This document shows, one piece after another, positions 9,186 to 17,548 of a stretch of 32,000 nucleotides of DNA (the stretch's first letter is position 1; every line of letters begins with the position of its first letter). The stretch lies in assembly GCF_043950625.1 (NCBI RefSeq), contig NZ_CP171007.1, one strand, 5' to 3'. Source of the DNA: Alkanindiges sp. WGS2144. Lineage in GTDB: Bacteria; Pseudomonadota; Gammaproteobacteria; Pseudomonadales; Moraxellaceae. Both the position numbers and the translations under genes were made by a program. The notes below the pieces were generated by a model. It was not told the origin of the DNA and ran no database searches. It worked only from the letters and a program-made list of their open reading frames with translations.

Positions 9186-10231
9186 TATAATGACTCCGTT
9201 AAACCATAACCATTACGGAGCGCAACAGTCTGAGTGATGACTTGCCGCAAATATTTACCAGAAGCCTGTGCATCATTGGTTAGTTTCACTTTCTGATCCA
9301 GAATATTATATTCTTGTGTACCTGTAACCAGACTGTCATTGGTTATATCGGCGCCTCTTACCAACATGCCTAGTTGTATTGACATAATTCTGGGTCGTGG
9401 GATGGTTGTAGTCAGATCCATATCATTTGTACCATTGCCCATATAATCGTTAACCGACATATAACGGAACTCATCACTGTCATTTTCTTTAACACCCAGC
9501 AATATATGAAAATGATCAACACGACGCATAAGGATTTCACCCCCTCCGCCATAACCAGTAATTTCTGTAGGTAAAGTTGAAACATTGGTTTTGTATCTAC
9601 CAGCATCACATGCCAGAGCCAAATCATTATTATTGTTACCATCTTTTCTCAGAAAATAGCGCTGTACAATATATGTACCATCATCAATATCCTGCTGCGT
9701 AATATTTTGCCCCTCACAATCAGTAGTATTAACCTCAACAGCTTTATACTGAATCACTAATTGATCGCTTGTAGAGATAGCTGTGTCGTCGCCTGATTTA
9801 CCAGTAATATTAGTTACACCTGTCCATTGGTTGCTACTCCCTACGGTTTGTCCTGCCCCCCGAGTCAATAATACTTTTGGCACCTTGCTGGCAACTAGAT
9901 TGTAGGGCAAATTGGCTGATATTGTTTGCTGCTCAGCCTCAGTAAGCGTGGGATAACTTGTTAGCCCCGTGAGCACAATACCTCCGTACAGATTACGGTC
10001 ATTAATAACTGCCTGTACTGCATCCAGATTTGCTTTACGTATGTCTTGCAACAAATAATTTAGGCCAAAATTTCCATTATCCTGAATCTCCGCCATAGAA
10101 CGCTGTAAGTTCAGACTTGCCTGGCCTGTTATAAATAACTGTGTCGCAGCCGCAACAATAATTAAACCAAGTACAATAGATACCATCAACTCAACAAGAG
10201 TAAACCCAGCCTGCTTTTTATTAATAAACAT
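9185..10231 (-). CDS. pilW: Type IV pilus minor pilin PilW
   Basis: 'MFINKKQAG|FTLVELMVSIVLGLIIVAAATQLF'. The size and operon position match PilW. I take the ATG at 10231, just after the pilV stop; the track start at 10258 would overlap pilV. Confidence 0.8.
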   Translation of the reverse strand: MFINKKQAGFTLVELMVSIVLGLIIVAAATQLFITGQASLNLQRSMAEIQDNGNFGLNYLLQDIRKANLDAVQAVINDRNLYGGIVLTGLTSYPTLTEAEQQTISANLPYNLVASKVPKVLLTRGAGQTVGSSNQWTGVTNITGKSGDDTAISTSDQLVIQYKAVEVNTTDCEGQNITQQDIDDGTYIVQRYFLRKDGNNNNDLALACDAGRYKTNVSTLPTEITGYGGGGEILMRRVDHFHILLGVKENDSDEFRYMSVNDYMGNGTNDMDLTTTIPRPRIMSIQLGMLVRGADITNDSLVTGTQEYNILDQKVKLTNDAQASGKYLRQVITQTVALRNGYGLTESL

Positions 10232-10233
10232 TA

Positions 10234-10800
10234 TTAGTAAGCCTCCAATACGATACACTGGGAGGCGGATGTATAACTACCATTTTTGGTGCAATTACCT
10301 GAACCGTTACCATCATTTGGGCTAGTATCGCCCCAAGCGACATAAATACAGTTTCTTTCTCTTTGTAATGAACCTGCACAATCGCTTAAGCCTACTTTCA
10401 TGCCCATTGCTCCTGCCTTGTACAGTATTTGGCTAGCATCCTGAGCTGCTAAAATTTCACTGGTACATTTATTATTTTGATAGCAGTTTCTCCACGTATA
10501 TTCATCAAGGGATTCTTTTCCTATAAATGCTTTTATATATGCACTTATTTTCTTGTCTGTATCTTTTCCGTCCTCATCTTTTACTACAATATTTTTTGAT
10601 AGACCCACTTGATTAGCCCTTATACGCTCAGCTAAATCTCTGGCTAGATTCATTGCCTGAATACGATTATTTGCTTCTGTAGTAGCGTCAACTGCCCTTA
10701 ATTGTAAGGCAGTAAAACCAAGTACGCCTACAGCTAGAAGAGTGAGAGCCACCAGCACTTCAATCATGCCAACGCCCTGATGTTTCTTGATACTACTCAT
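10234..10800 (-). CDS. pilV: Type IV pilus modification / minor pilin PilV
   Basis: 'MSSIKKHQG|VGMIEVLVALTLLAVGVLG' carries the PilV-type 'MIEVLVAL' signature. The ATG at 10800 overlaps the fimU TGA (ATGA coupling). Confidence 0.8.
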   Translation of the reverse strand: MSSIKKHQGVGMIEVLVALTLLAVGVLGFTALQLRAVDATTEANNRIQAMNLARDLAERIRANQVGLSKNIVVKDEDGKDTDKKISAYIKAFIGKESLDEYTWRNCYQNNKCTSEILAAQDASQILYKAGAMGMKVGLSDCAGSLQRERNCIYVAWGDTSPNDGNGSGNCTKNGSYTSASQCIVLEAY

Positions 10801-11240
10801 GTACATGTACCCTCTGCTTTAAAGTACTGCGCTCCTGTTCTTGTCAAGCTAATCGTTTTTGTAGTACTTGTTTTTGAATTACAAATCACAAAATCAGTAT
10901 CTCCTGTTGCATCTTTTACTGTTCCGTTCGGATTAAACACAACACTTGTCGTAGATGAAGTTAAATTACTATTTATAGTAGGATTCCAATAATAATTAGT
11001 TTGAGTATTAGGACTATCAGAGTTCAACGTCACTGTAACTTCTTTTCTCAATAACGCAGCCTGACTTCTTGCAGTACTTAAGGTACTTACCAAATCCCTA
11101 GTAGTAGAATTCAAACGCTGCTTAGCAACCATATTACTCATCGACGGCGCAGCAATCATGGCTAAAATGGCCACCACCGCAATGGTCACCATTAACTCAA
11201 CCAACGTAAAGCCGCGGTTGCCCAACCGACGATCCATCAT
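10797..11240 (-). CDS. fimU: GspH/FimT-family minor pilin (FimU/FimT)
   Basis: 'MMDRRLGNRG|FTLVELMVTIAVVAILAMIAAPSM...RDLVSTLSTARSQA' is GspH-like. It is the first gene of the operon. The ATG at 11240 is preceded by AAGGTGG, and the GTG at 11249 lies inside that RBS. Confidence 0.75.
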   Translation of the reverse strand: MMDRRLGNRGFTLVELMVTIAVVAILAMIAAPSMSNMVAKQRLNSTTRDLVSTLSTARSQAALLRKEVTVTLNSDSPNTQTNYYWNPTINSNLTSSTTSVVFNPNGTVKDATGDTDFVICNSKTSTTKTISLTRTGAQYFKAEGTCT

Positions 11241-11332
11241 AGATACCACCTTGCCAGTTTGTGCCCATCTTTGAACACTTTTCCAGTCATCAGATTAAAT
11301 AGACGATGAACGCCAGACAAGCATAAAGCGAC

Positions 11333-11361
11333 TGACGCTCATAAACACATGATGAGCGTCA
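11333..11361 (-). terminator. 10-bp-stem hairpin between ispH and fimU (possible weak ispH terminator or attenuator)
   Basis: TGACGCTCAT (11333-11342) pairs with ATGAGCGTCA (11352-11361). On the transcribed (minus) strand it is followed by GUCGCUUUAUGCUUGU, which is only moderately U-rich. Confidence 0.4.
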
Positions 11362-11404
11362 AATTTTATATGTTTTTATCAAAAGCTTATTTTTTGTACT
11401 AAAG

Positions 11405-12358
11405 CTATTCTACCTGTCGAGTAGTAATCCTTAGCTCACGCGGCAGGGTAAATACGATATTTTCTTCGCGCCCGGCCAGCTCCACAGGCAGGGTTGCGCC
11501 CCACTCGGTCAAGCGCTGGATCACCTGCCCGATTAATACTTCAGGCGCCGAAGCACCAGCCGTTACCCCAATTTTACAGCTCTGGTGAAACCACTCTGGC
11601 TGTAACTGGTCGGCATTGTCAATTAGGTAGGCTCTTTTACCCATACGCTCGGCCAGTTCACGCAGGCGATTGGAGTTGGAGGAGTTGGGCGAACCGACGA
11701 CTAGCACCACATCGCAGCGGCTCGCCAGGTCACGTACTGCATCCTGCCGGTTTTGCGTGGCGTAACAGATATCATCCTTGCGTGGCCCCTGAATTTTGGG
11801 AAATTTGGCACGTAAGGCCTCAATCACCTTGGCCGTGTCATCCAGCGACAGCGTAGTCTGGGTCACAAAGGCAATATGCTCAGGGTCACGCACCTGGAGG
11901 TTTTCAACATCCTGTTCGTTTTCAACCAGATAAATAGTGCCACCATTGCTTTTATCGTATTGCCCCATGGTTCCCTCTACTTCCGGGTGGCCTTGGTGCC
12001 CAATTAAAATGGCATCAATCCCATCACGGGCGTAGCGGGTTACCTCAATATGTACCTTGGTCACCAAAGGGCAAGTGGCATCAAACACTTTTAGACCCCG
12101 GCGGGCTGCTTCTTCCTGCACCGCCTTGGATACGCCATGCGCACTAAAAATCACAATGGCATCATCCGGCACCTGATCCAGCTCTTCAACAAACACAGCA
12201 CCACGGCGACGCAGATCATCCACCACAAATTTATTATGGACGACTTCATGGCGCACATAGATGGGTGGTTCAAACAATTCCAGCGCACGGTTGACAATAG
12301 CAATGGCACGATCAACACCTGCACAAAAACCCCGGGGATTAGCTAAGAGAATATCCAT
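11405..12358 (-). CDS. ispH: 4-hydroxy-3-methylbut-2-enyl diphosphate reductase
   Basis: '[19 protein letters not shown]...VRHEVVHN...FSAHGVS...[10 protein letters not shown]...[10 protein letters not shown]' is canonical IspH/LytB, including the three Cys ligands. Confidence 0.95.
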   Translation of the reverse strand: MDILLANPRGFCAGVDRAIAIVNRALELFEPPIYVRHEVVHNKFVVDDLRRRGAVFVEELDQVPDDAIVIFSAHGVSKAVQEEAARRGLKVFDATCPLVTKVHIEVTRYARDGIDAILIGHQGHPEVEGTMGQYDKSNGGTIYLVENEQDVENLQVRDPEHIAFVTQTTLSLDDTAKVIEALRAKFPKIQGPRKDDICYATQNRQDAVRDLASRCDVVLVVGSPNSSNSNRLRELAERMGKRAYLIDNADQLQPEWFHQSCKIGVTAGASAPEVLIGQVIQRLTEWGATLPVELAGREENIVFTLPRELRITTRQVE

Positions 12359-12552
12359 GCTTTACCTTTTCACCGCCGTAGCTAGCAGATCAGAATAAAT
12401 ATTAACAATACAATGAAGACATTTTACTGTACTACAAGCTGACTACCCCAAATAGTATGGTATGTCTTGCAGTTTTTTGGCAAAAGTAATGAATTTACCC
12501 ATGCGTTTTCGCTACACTACTGCCTTATCGCTCATCATACAGGAAAGATGTC

Positions 12553-13179
12553 ATGTCTGGCTTATTGTTTGTGGTTTCTGCGGCTTCAGGCACGGGCAAA
12601 ACGTCTTTGGTCAAAGCCTTGCTGGAACGCGTGAGTGATATTCATGTGTCCGTGTCACACACGACCCGCCAGCAACGTCCCGGTGAAATTGATGGCGTTC
12701 ACTATCACTTCACTACTATTAAGGATTTTCGCGACAAAATAAATACCACAGGCTTTATTGAACATGCCGAGGTGTTTGGTAATTATTATGGCACCAGTCA
12801 GGCCGAGGTCGAAAAACAGCTGGCTGCCGGGCATGATGTACTACTGGAAATTGACTGGCAGGGTGCTGAACAGGTGCGCCGACTGTTTCCAGACAGTATC
12901 CAGATTTTTATTGTGCCACCTTCACAGTATGATTTGCGTGAGCGTTTATCTGCCCGTGGACAAGATAGCCTGGAAGTGATTGAACAGCGGCTGGCCGGTG
13001 CCATTACGGATATGCAGCAGTATATTCATTTTGATTATCTGGTTATTAATGATGTATTTGACCGGGCGCTGCATGATATTGAAAGTATTATCCATTCCTG
13101 CCGGTTGACAGTAGCTCAACAAGCTAAACGTCATCAGCAGTTGATCTCCGCACTACTTAAGCCAAATGCTGATCTGTAA
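12553..13179 (+). CDS. gmk: Guanylate kinase
   Basis: It has the P-loop 'SAASGTGKTSL' followed by 'SVSHTTRQQRPGEIDGVHYHF'. An AGGAAAG RBS lies upstream. Confidence 0.95.
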   Translation: MSGLLFVVSAASGTGKTSLVKALLERVSDIHVSVSHTTRQQRPGEIDGVHYHFTTIKDFRDKINTTGFIEHAEVFGNYYGTSQAEVEKQLAAGHDVLLEIDWQGAEQVRRLFPDSIQIFIVPPSQYDLRERLSARGQDSLEVIEQRLAGAITDMQQYIHFDYLVINDVFDRALHDIESIIHSCRLTVAQQAKRHQQLISALLKPNADL

Positions 13180-13265
13180 CTAAGGTCGCTAGCCAGTGGT
13201 TGACAATTAAAACTTGCATCCTGCTGCATTTGGCCTTACATCTAGCATTAAGTTTTTAAAACCAG

Positions 13266-15374
13266 ATGTTGACGATGAATACGCCCAATACTAATCAATT
13301 CGCAGCGACTCAACCCGCCGCTACTCAGCCTGCACTTGCCAGAGCGACCATTGAGCTACCTGACTTTTCAACCTTAAGCCTTGATATTTTAAAACAACAG
13401 GTAGAACAAGCATTACAGCAAGCCAAACAGCAACTACAGCAGGTACCCACGCAATTTGACAACACCCGGCAGGCGCTGGATTGTATTGATGCGCTGGATC
13501 ATGCAGAAAATGACTTACAGCAAGCCTGGGGTGTTTTGTCGCATCTCAACGCCGTTAAAAACAGCCCTCAGCTTCGTGAGCTATATCAGGCCATTTTGCC
13601 TGAGTTGAGTAATTACTACACTCAGCTTGGCCAGCATCAGGGCTTATATCAGGCTTATGAAATTGTGCAATCCTCAGCAGAGTTTGTCCAGTTAAGTACT
13701 GCTCAGCAGGGCGCTATCCAGTTGGCTATTCGGGATTTTAAGCTCAGCGGTGTCGCGCTTGAAGGTGATGCCAAACAGCGCTACGCTCAGATCTCTGCCC
13801 GTTTATCCGAGCTATCTTCGCACTTTTCCAACCATGTATTGGATGCAACCCAGGCCTGGTCAATGCCGCTGGATGATGCACAACTAAAAGGTTTACCTGC
13901 CAGCAGCATTGCTCTACTGGAACAACTGGCACAGCAGCGCGGCCAGTCTGGTGCGTTAGCCACCCTGGATTTTCCGGCTTATCTCGCCATTATGACCTAT
14001 GCTGATGAGCGCTCGTTGCGTGAAACAATTTACACAGCCTATGTCACCCGTGCATCAGAGCTTGGTGAGGCGCAGTTTGATAACAGTGAACTCATGCAGG
14101 AAATTCTGGCGCTACGGCAGGAAATGGCCGAACTGTTGGGCTTTGTAAATTATGCCGAATATTCACTGGCCAGCAAAATGGCGCCTTCCGTGACTGAGGT
14201 CAAGCAGTTTTTACTGGATCTGGCAGACAAAGCTCGTCAACCTGCACTTGCCGAGCTTGAGCAATTGCAGCAGGAAGCCAAAGCTTATGCCATTGGTCAG
14301 GTTATGCCATGGGATACGGCCTATTTATCTGAAAAAATCAAGCTGCGTGAATACAACCTGTCGCAAGAGCAACTCAAACCCTATTTTCCCGCACCTGTCG
14401 TTATTGAAGGGTTGTTTAAAATTGCTGAACAGTTATATGGCATTCAGATTGAACAAAAACAAGCGGCAGTATGGGAACCAGATGTCTACTACTATGAGGT
14501 GAGCGAACACGGCAAAGTGATTGCCGGTTTTTATTTTGACTTATATGCCCGTAGCAATAAACGGGGCGGTGCATGGATGAGCGGCTTTCGTTCGCGCATG
14601 AAAACCCGTACTGGTATCCAGTTGCCGGTTGCCTTTATGGTGGGCAATTTTACACCGCCCGTGGGCAATCAACCCGCCCTATTAACTCATGATGAACTGG
14701 TCACGCTATTTCATGAGTTCGGTCACGGCCTGCATCATTTACTGACTGAAGTGGATGTAATCCATGTGGCCGGTACCCATGGGGTCGCCTGGGATGCTGT
14801 AGAACTACCTAGCCAGTTTATGGAGTTCTGGACCTGGGATAAACAGGCCTTAGGTTTGATCAGCCGTCATTTTGAGCATGAGAGAACCCTACCCGGAGAA
14901 TTACTTGATGCCCTGCTGGCTGCCCGTTATTTCCAGACAGGTATTCAAACGCTTAGACAGCTGGAATTTGCCCTATTTGATCTGAATATTCACAGCACTG
15001 TACCTGCACCGGATCAGCACCAGATACAGCAAATTCTGGATGAAGTACGCCAGCAGGTTGCAGTACTGCCCAATATTGCCCACAACCGTTTCCAACACAG
15101 TTTTAGCCACATTTTTGCTGGTGGTTATGCCGCAGGCTATTATTCCTACAAGTGGGCTGAGGTGCTGGCCAGTGACGCCTTTGACCGTTTTGAACAAGAA
15201 GGCTTATTTAACAAGGATACCGGTAAAGCCTTCCGCGATGCCATTCTGGCAGTGGGCGGCAGTGTCGATGCCCTAACTGCTTTTAAAAACTTCCGTGGGC
15301 GTGAACCGGAACTGGCTGCCCTACTGCGGCATAGTGGCTGGATCGACAGTCAACCCGCACCAGTCTCGCTATGA
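13266..15374 (+). CDS. prlC: Oligopeptidase A (M3 family zinc metallopeptidase)
   Basis: It has the 'LFHEFGHGLHHLLT' HExxH zinc motif, and the length and overall similarity fit PrlC. The true start could be the ATG at 13275. Confidence 0.9.
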   Translation: MLTMNTPNTNQFAATQPAATQPALARATIELPDFSTLSLDILKQQVEQALQQAKQQLQQVPTQFDNTRQALDCIDALDHAENDLQQAWGVLSHLNAVKNSPQLRELYQAILPELSNYYTQLGQHQGLYQAYEIVQSSAEFVQLSTAQQGAIQLAIRDFKLSGVALEGDAKQRYAQISARLSELSSHFSNHVLDATQAWSMPLDDAQLKGLPASSIALLEQLAQQRGQSGALATLDFPAYLAIMTYADERSLRETIYTAYVTRASELGEAQFDNSELMQEILALRQEMAELLGFVNYAEYSLASKMAPSVTEVKQFLLDLADKARQPALAELEQLQQEAKAYAIGQVMPWDTAYLSEKIKLREYNLSQEQLKPYFPAPVVIEGLFKIAEQLYGIQIEQKQAAVWEPDVYYYEVSEHGKVIAGFYFDLYARSNKRGGAWMSGFRSRMKTRTGIQLPVAFMVGNFTPPVGNQPALLTHDELVTLFHEFGHGLHHLLTEVDVIHVAGTHGVAWDAVELPSQFMEFWTWDKQALGLISRHFEHERTLPGELLDALLAARYFQTGIQTLRQLEFALFDLNIHSTVPAPDQHQIQQILDEVRQQVAVLPNIAHNRFQHSFSHIFAGGYAAGYYSYKWAEVLASDAFDRFEQEGLFNKDTGKAFRDAILAVGGSVDALTAFKNFRGREPELAALLRHSGWIDSQPAPVSL

Positions 15375-15392
15375 AGCATACAGGAAAACAGC

Positions 15393-15617
15393 ATGACCAT
15401 TAAAAAACGTTTTATTGCAGGTGCCAAATGCACCCAATGTGGTGCCATGGATCGGGTCATGCAGCTGACCACGACCGATGATGAATGGATTGAATGTGTA
15501 GACTGTGGCTATACCGAACGCCGACCAACTGCAATTAATCCGCCAGCATCTGCGGTTACAAATTCACCATCAAAAGCCGATGAAGTGGGTGTAGTGCAGT
15601 TTAAGCCCCTTGGTTAG
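15393..15617 (+). CDS. yheV: YheV-family putative zinc-ribbon protein
   Basis: 'KKRFIAGAKCTQCGAMD...ECVDCGY' has two CxxC pairs. The gene lies directly downstream of prlC, as yheV does near prlC in enterobacteria. Confidence 0.7.
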   Translation: MTIKKRFIAGAKCTQCGAMDRVMQLTTTDDEWIECVDCGYTERRPTAINPPASAVTNSPSKADEVGVVQFKPLG

Positions 15618-15654
15618 ACTCAATTCATTAGATAACATAAGCTTGGAGAAAAAT

Positions 15655-16077
15655 ATGAAAGACCCGGAACAAACCCCTAAAAGCAAACGCTGGATGATTA
15701 TGCTGGGTGTTGTGGTATTAGCCTTCCTATTGTATTACCTAGCCTCATTTATGACTGAGCAACGAGGCACCGATAGCGATCAGCGTCAAAATCCGCCGCC
15801 TCATTCTTCCATAAATCAGGGTGAACCAACCACCAGTCAGGTAGATCAAAATCAGTCCCCTGCCTCTTCGATAGATACTAGCTTACTGACTGCCCCTGTT
15901 CCTCAGGACAGTACACTCGCTCAGGAAGAAATCAGCCGCTTACAGGATCAGCAAGCTCAGCTTACTGACCGTAAGGAACTTCTGGAGCAACAACTACAGG
16001 ACTCTGACAAGCTGGTAGAACTGAAAGAACAATATATTGCCGACTTGCAGACGCAGCTTGGCGAGTCAGCTGCTTAA
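15655..16077 (+). CDS. Hypothetical single-pass membrane protein with a disordered linker and C-terminal coiled coil
   Basis: The ATG at 15655 follows GGAGAA. The protein reads 'KRWMIMLGVVVLAFLLYYLASFM' (TM helix), then a Q/S/P-rich stretch, then a heptad-like 'EEISRLQDQQAQLTDRKELLEQQLQDSDKLVELKEQYIADLQTQL'. I recognise no family. Confidence 0.5.
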   Translation: MKDPEQTPKSKRWMIMLGVVVLAFLLYYLASFMTEQRGTDSDQRQNPPPHSSINQGEPTTSQVDQNQSPASSIDTSLLTAPVPQDSTLAQEEISRLQDQQAQLTDRKELLEQQLQDSDKLVELKEQYIADLQTQLGESAA

Positions 16078-16120
16078 CAGGCGCCATCCAAGTAGGTCGC
16101 TTATTACCGGTTCGATTTGA

Positions 16121-16152
16121 ACATCCCATGAAGATCATCTTCCATGGGATGT
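16121..16152 (+). terminator. Long hairpin downstream of the 15655-16077 gene (probable terminator)
   Basis: ACATCCCATG(A)AGAT ... ATCTTCCATGGGATGT is a near-perfect inverted repeat followed by TAATTT. The T-tract is weak. Confidence 0.5.
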
Positions 16153-16237
16153 TAATTTAAGGGACTGGTTTTGACCTTTCATCTTCTCCCCATTCATTTT
16201 TATTCTTGGCTCAGCTGGCGCTATCTTTTAGGCCAAG

Positions 16238-16400
16238 TTAGGGCGTGTCCCTATTTGCATCATGTGGCTAAAAATGAGTTAAATTTTCTGCAAAACAAGG
16301 CGAATATCGCAGTCAATAGTGGACTATTGGCATGGTATTTAACGGCGTTTTGCTAGATTTAGCCATCTTTTTCATAAAGCTACGTCGTGGTGAAATTAGG
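16238..16400 (+). repeat. Copy A of a ~165-bp non-coding repeat (second copy at 29285-29449)
   Basis: It aligns by eye end to end with 29285-29449, with about 16 differences including a 2-nt indel. It contains TTGCAT (16255-16260), an 18-nt spacer and TTAAAT (16279-16284), plus a perfect palindrome CAATAGT-GG-ACTATTG (16314-16329). It ends 50 nt before the eamA-type gene. Confidence 0.85.
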
Positions 16401-16450
16401 AGCACTCCCTCATCTTTACGGGCCATTTTTAGCTTTATAATAGTCACCCA

Positions 16451-17347
16451 ATGCCTCTTACAGGTACTATTTTGGCTACTCATTCTTCATCTCGTGCCGT
16501 ACTTACCGGTCTGATTTTATTATCCATCTCTGCATTTTTATTTGCCACTATGGGCGTGCTCATCCGTATGGCGTCCCACACGGTAGACAATGCCACCATT
16601 GTTTTTTTCCGTAATGCCACTGGTCTGCTAGTGCTGATGCCTCTTCTACTTGCAAAAGGGCTTGATCACCTAAAAACCAGCCGGTTATGGATGCACAGCT
16701 GGCGGGCAATAGTGGGCCTGATTGCCATGTATGGCTTTTTTTATGCAATCGCTCATCTAAAATTAAGCAATGCCATGGTCTTTACCTATTCTTCTCCGGT
16801 ATTTATTCCTGTGGTGGCCTGGCTGTTTTTAAAAGAAAAAATGACCTTCAACATGCTATTTGCTGCCAGTCTTGGTTTATTGGGCGTCGTTATGGTCGCC
16901 AAACCAGATAGCGGTATGTTCAATGCGCTCTCAGCAATTGGTCTAATGTCCAGCTTTCTGGCGGCGATGGCCTTTGTGACCGTCCGGGCACTAACGGATT
17001 CCGAACCCGCTACCCGTATCGTGTTTTATTTTTGCTTTATCGGCACCCTGTTATCTGCTATTCCCATGTTTTGGTTATGGCGCAGCTATAGCCAACATGA
17101 ACTGATGCTGTTGTGCGGTGCCGGAGCGCTGGCAACTCTAAGCCAGATTTGTCTGTCCAAAGCCTATAGTTTTGCCCCGGCTGGCCAGATTGGCCCGGCC
17201 AACTACTTAGCCATTATTTTTGCAGGTATCTGGGCAGCCAGCCTGTGGAGTGAGTATCCAGATCAATTAAGCATTATAGGAATGGTAACTATCCTGATGG
17301 CACTACTACTATGTATGCCTCGCTTTAGCCGACTCTTTCCAGCTTAA
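16451..17347 (+). CDS. DMT-superfamily (EamA-domain) transporter
   Basis: 298 aa, about 10 predicted TM helices, and the two-fold EamA-like layout typical of drug/metabolite exporters. Confidence 0.75.
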   Translation: MPLTGTILATHSSSRAVLTGLILLSISAFLFATMGVLIRMASHTVDNATIVFFRNATGLLVLMPLLLAKGLDHLKTSRLWMHSWRAIVGLIAMYGFFYAIAHLKLSNAMVFTYSSPVFIPVVAWLFLKEKMTFNMLFAASLGLLGVVMVAKPDSGMFNALSAIGLMSSFLAAMAFVTVRALTDSEPATRIVFYFCFIGTLLSAIPMFWLWRSYSQHELMLLCGAGALATLSQICLSKAYSFAPAGQIGPANYLAIIFAGIWAASLWSEYPDQLSIIGMVTILMALLLCMPRFSRLFPA

Positions 17348-17510
17348 TATTTTTGATCTCACACAGGGCGTACTGTGGTTTAAGCTGGATTGTCAGAGAT
17401 TCAGAAAGTGATCACACTAAACCAGAACATCGGCAATTTGTTTGCCTCACTGGAGCGCCAATACCCTCCCTACCATAAAACCTTATTTAAGGCACAAAAA
17501 ATTTAGAACA

Positions 17511-17540
17511 AAAAACGGCGCCCAGAGGCGCCGTTTTTTT
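17511..17540. terminator. Bidirectional intrinsic terminator, directly 3' of the 739-aa permease gene
   Basis: AAAAACGGCGCC-CAGA-GGCGCCGTTTTTTT is a GC-rich 8-bp stem flanked by an A5 run and a T7 run. Confidence 0.85.
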
Positions 17541-17548
17541 ACAATGGA

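Noticed and set aside
11249-11269. A sigma-54-like motif upstream of fimU on the minus strand (GGGCAC-N-TGGCA).
   Set aside because: The GG-to-GC spacing is one nucleotide off the strict -24/-12 geometry. The motif overlaps the fimU RBS and lies only about 10 nt from the ATG, too close to be a promoter.
16109-16118. 'GGTTCGATTT', which resembles a tRNA T-arm and could hint at a tRNA fragment or att site.
   Set aside because: The surrounding sequence cannot be folded into acceptor, D or anticodon arms, and there is no integrase or direct repeat partner.
16237-16243. GTTAGGG at the left edge of repeat copy A, which resembles an integron attC core site (GTTRRRY).
   Set aside because: The last base does not fit (G, not Y). 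Copy B has ATTAGGG instead. There is no inverse core (RYYYAAC), no attC-like imperfect palindrome at the other end, and no integrase nearby.
16313-16375. A small minus-strand ORF inside the conserved repeat core: 'M(KKM)AKSSKTPLNTMPIVHY' in copy A and 'MAKSSKTSLNTMPIVHY' at 29360-29413 in copy B.
   Set aside because: It has no Shine-Dalgarno sequence in either copy, and the start context differs between copies. At 17-20 aa, with one synonymous and one non-synonymous change, coding cannot be supported. I kept it only as a possibility to test.
16238-16450. The idea that the repeat is a riboswitch or leader for the downstream EamA transporter.
   Set aside because: Copy B has no downstream gene. 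I could not match any riboswitch consensus I know, such as the guanidine I/II/III classes often found before small exporters.
16332-16514. A 60-aa plus-strand ORF starting inside repeat copy A and running into the eamA start. The 61-aa ORF at 16171-16356 is similar.
   Set aside because: The ATG is ATA in copy B, and that frame hits a stop within the repeat. The ORF overlaps the genuine transporter start and has no RBS.
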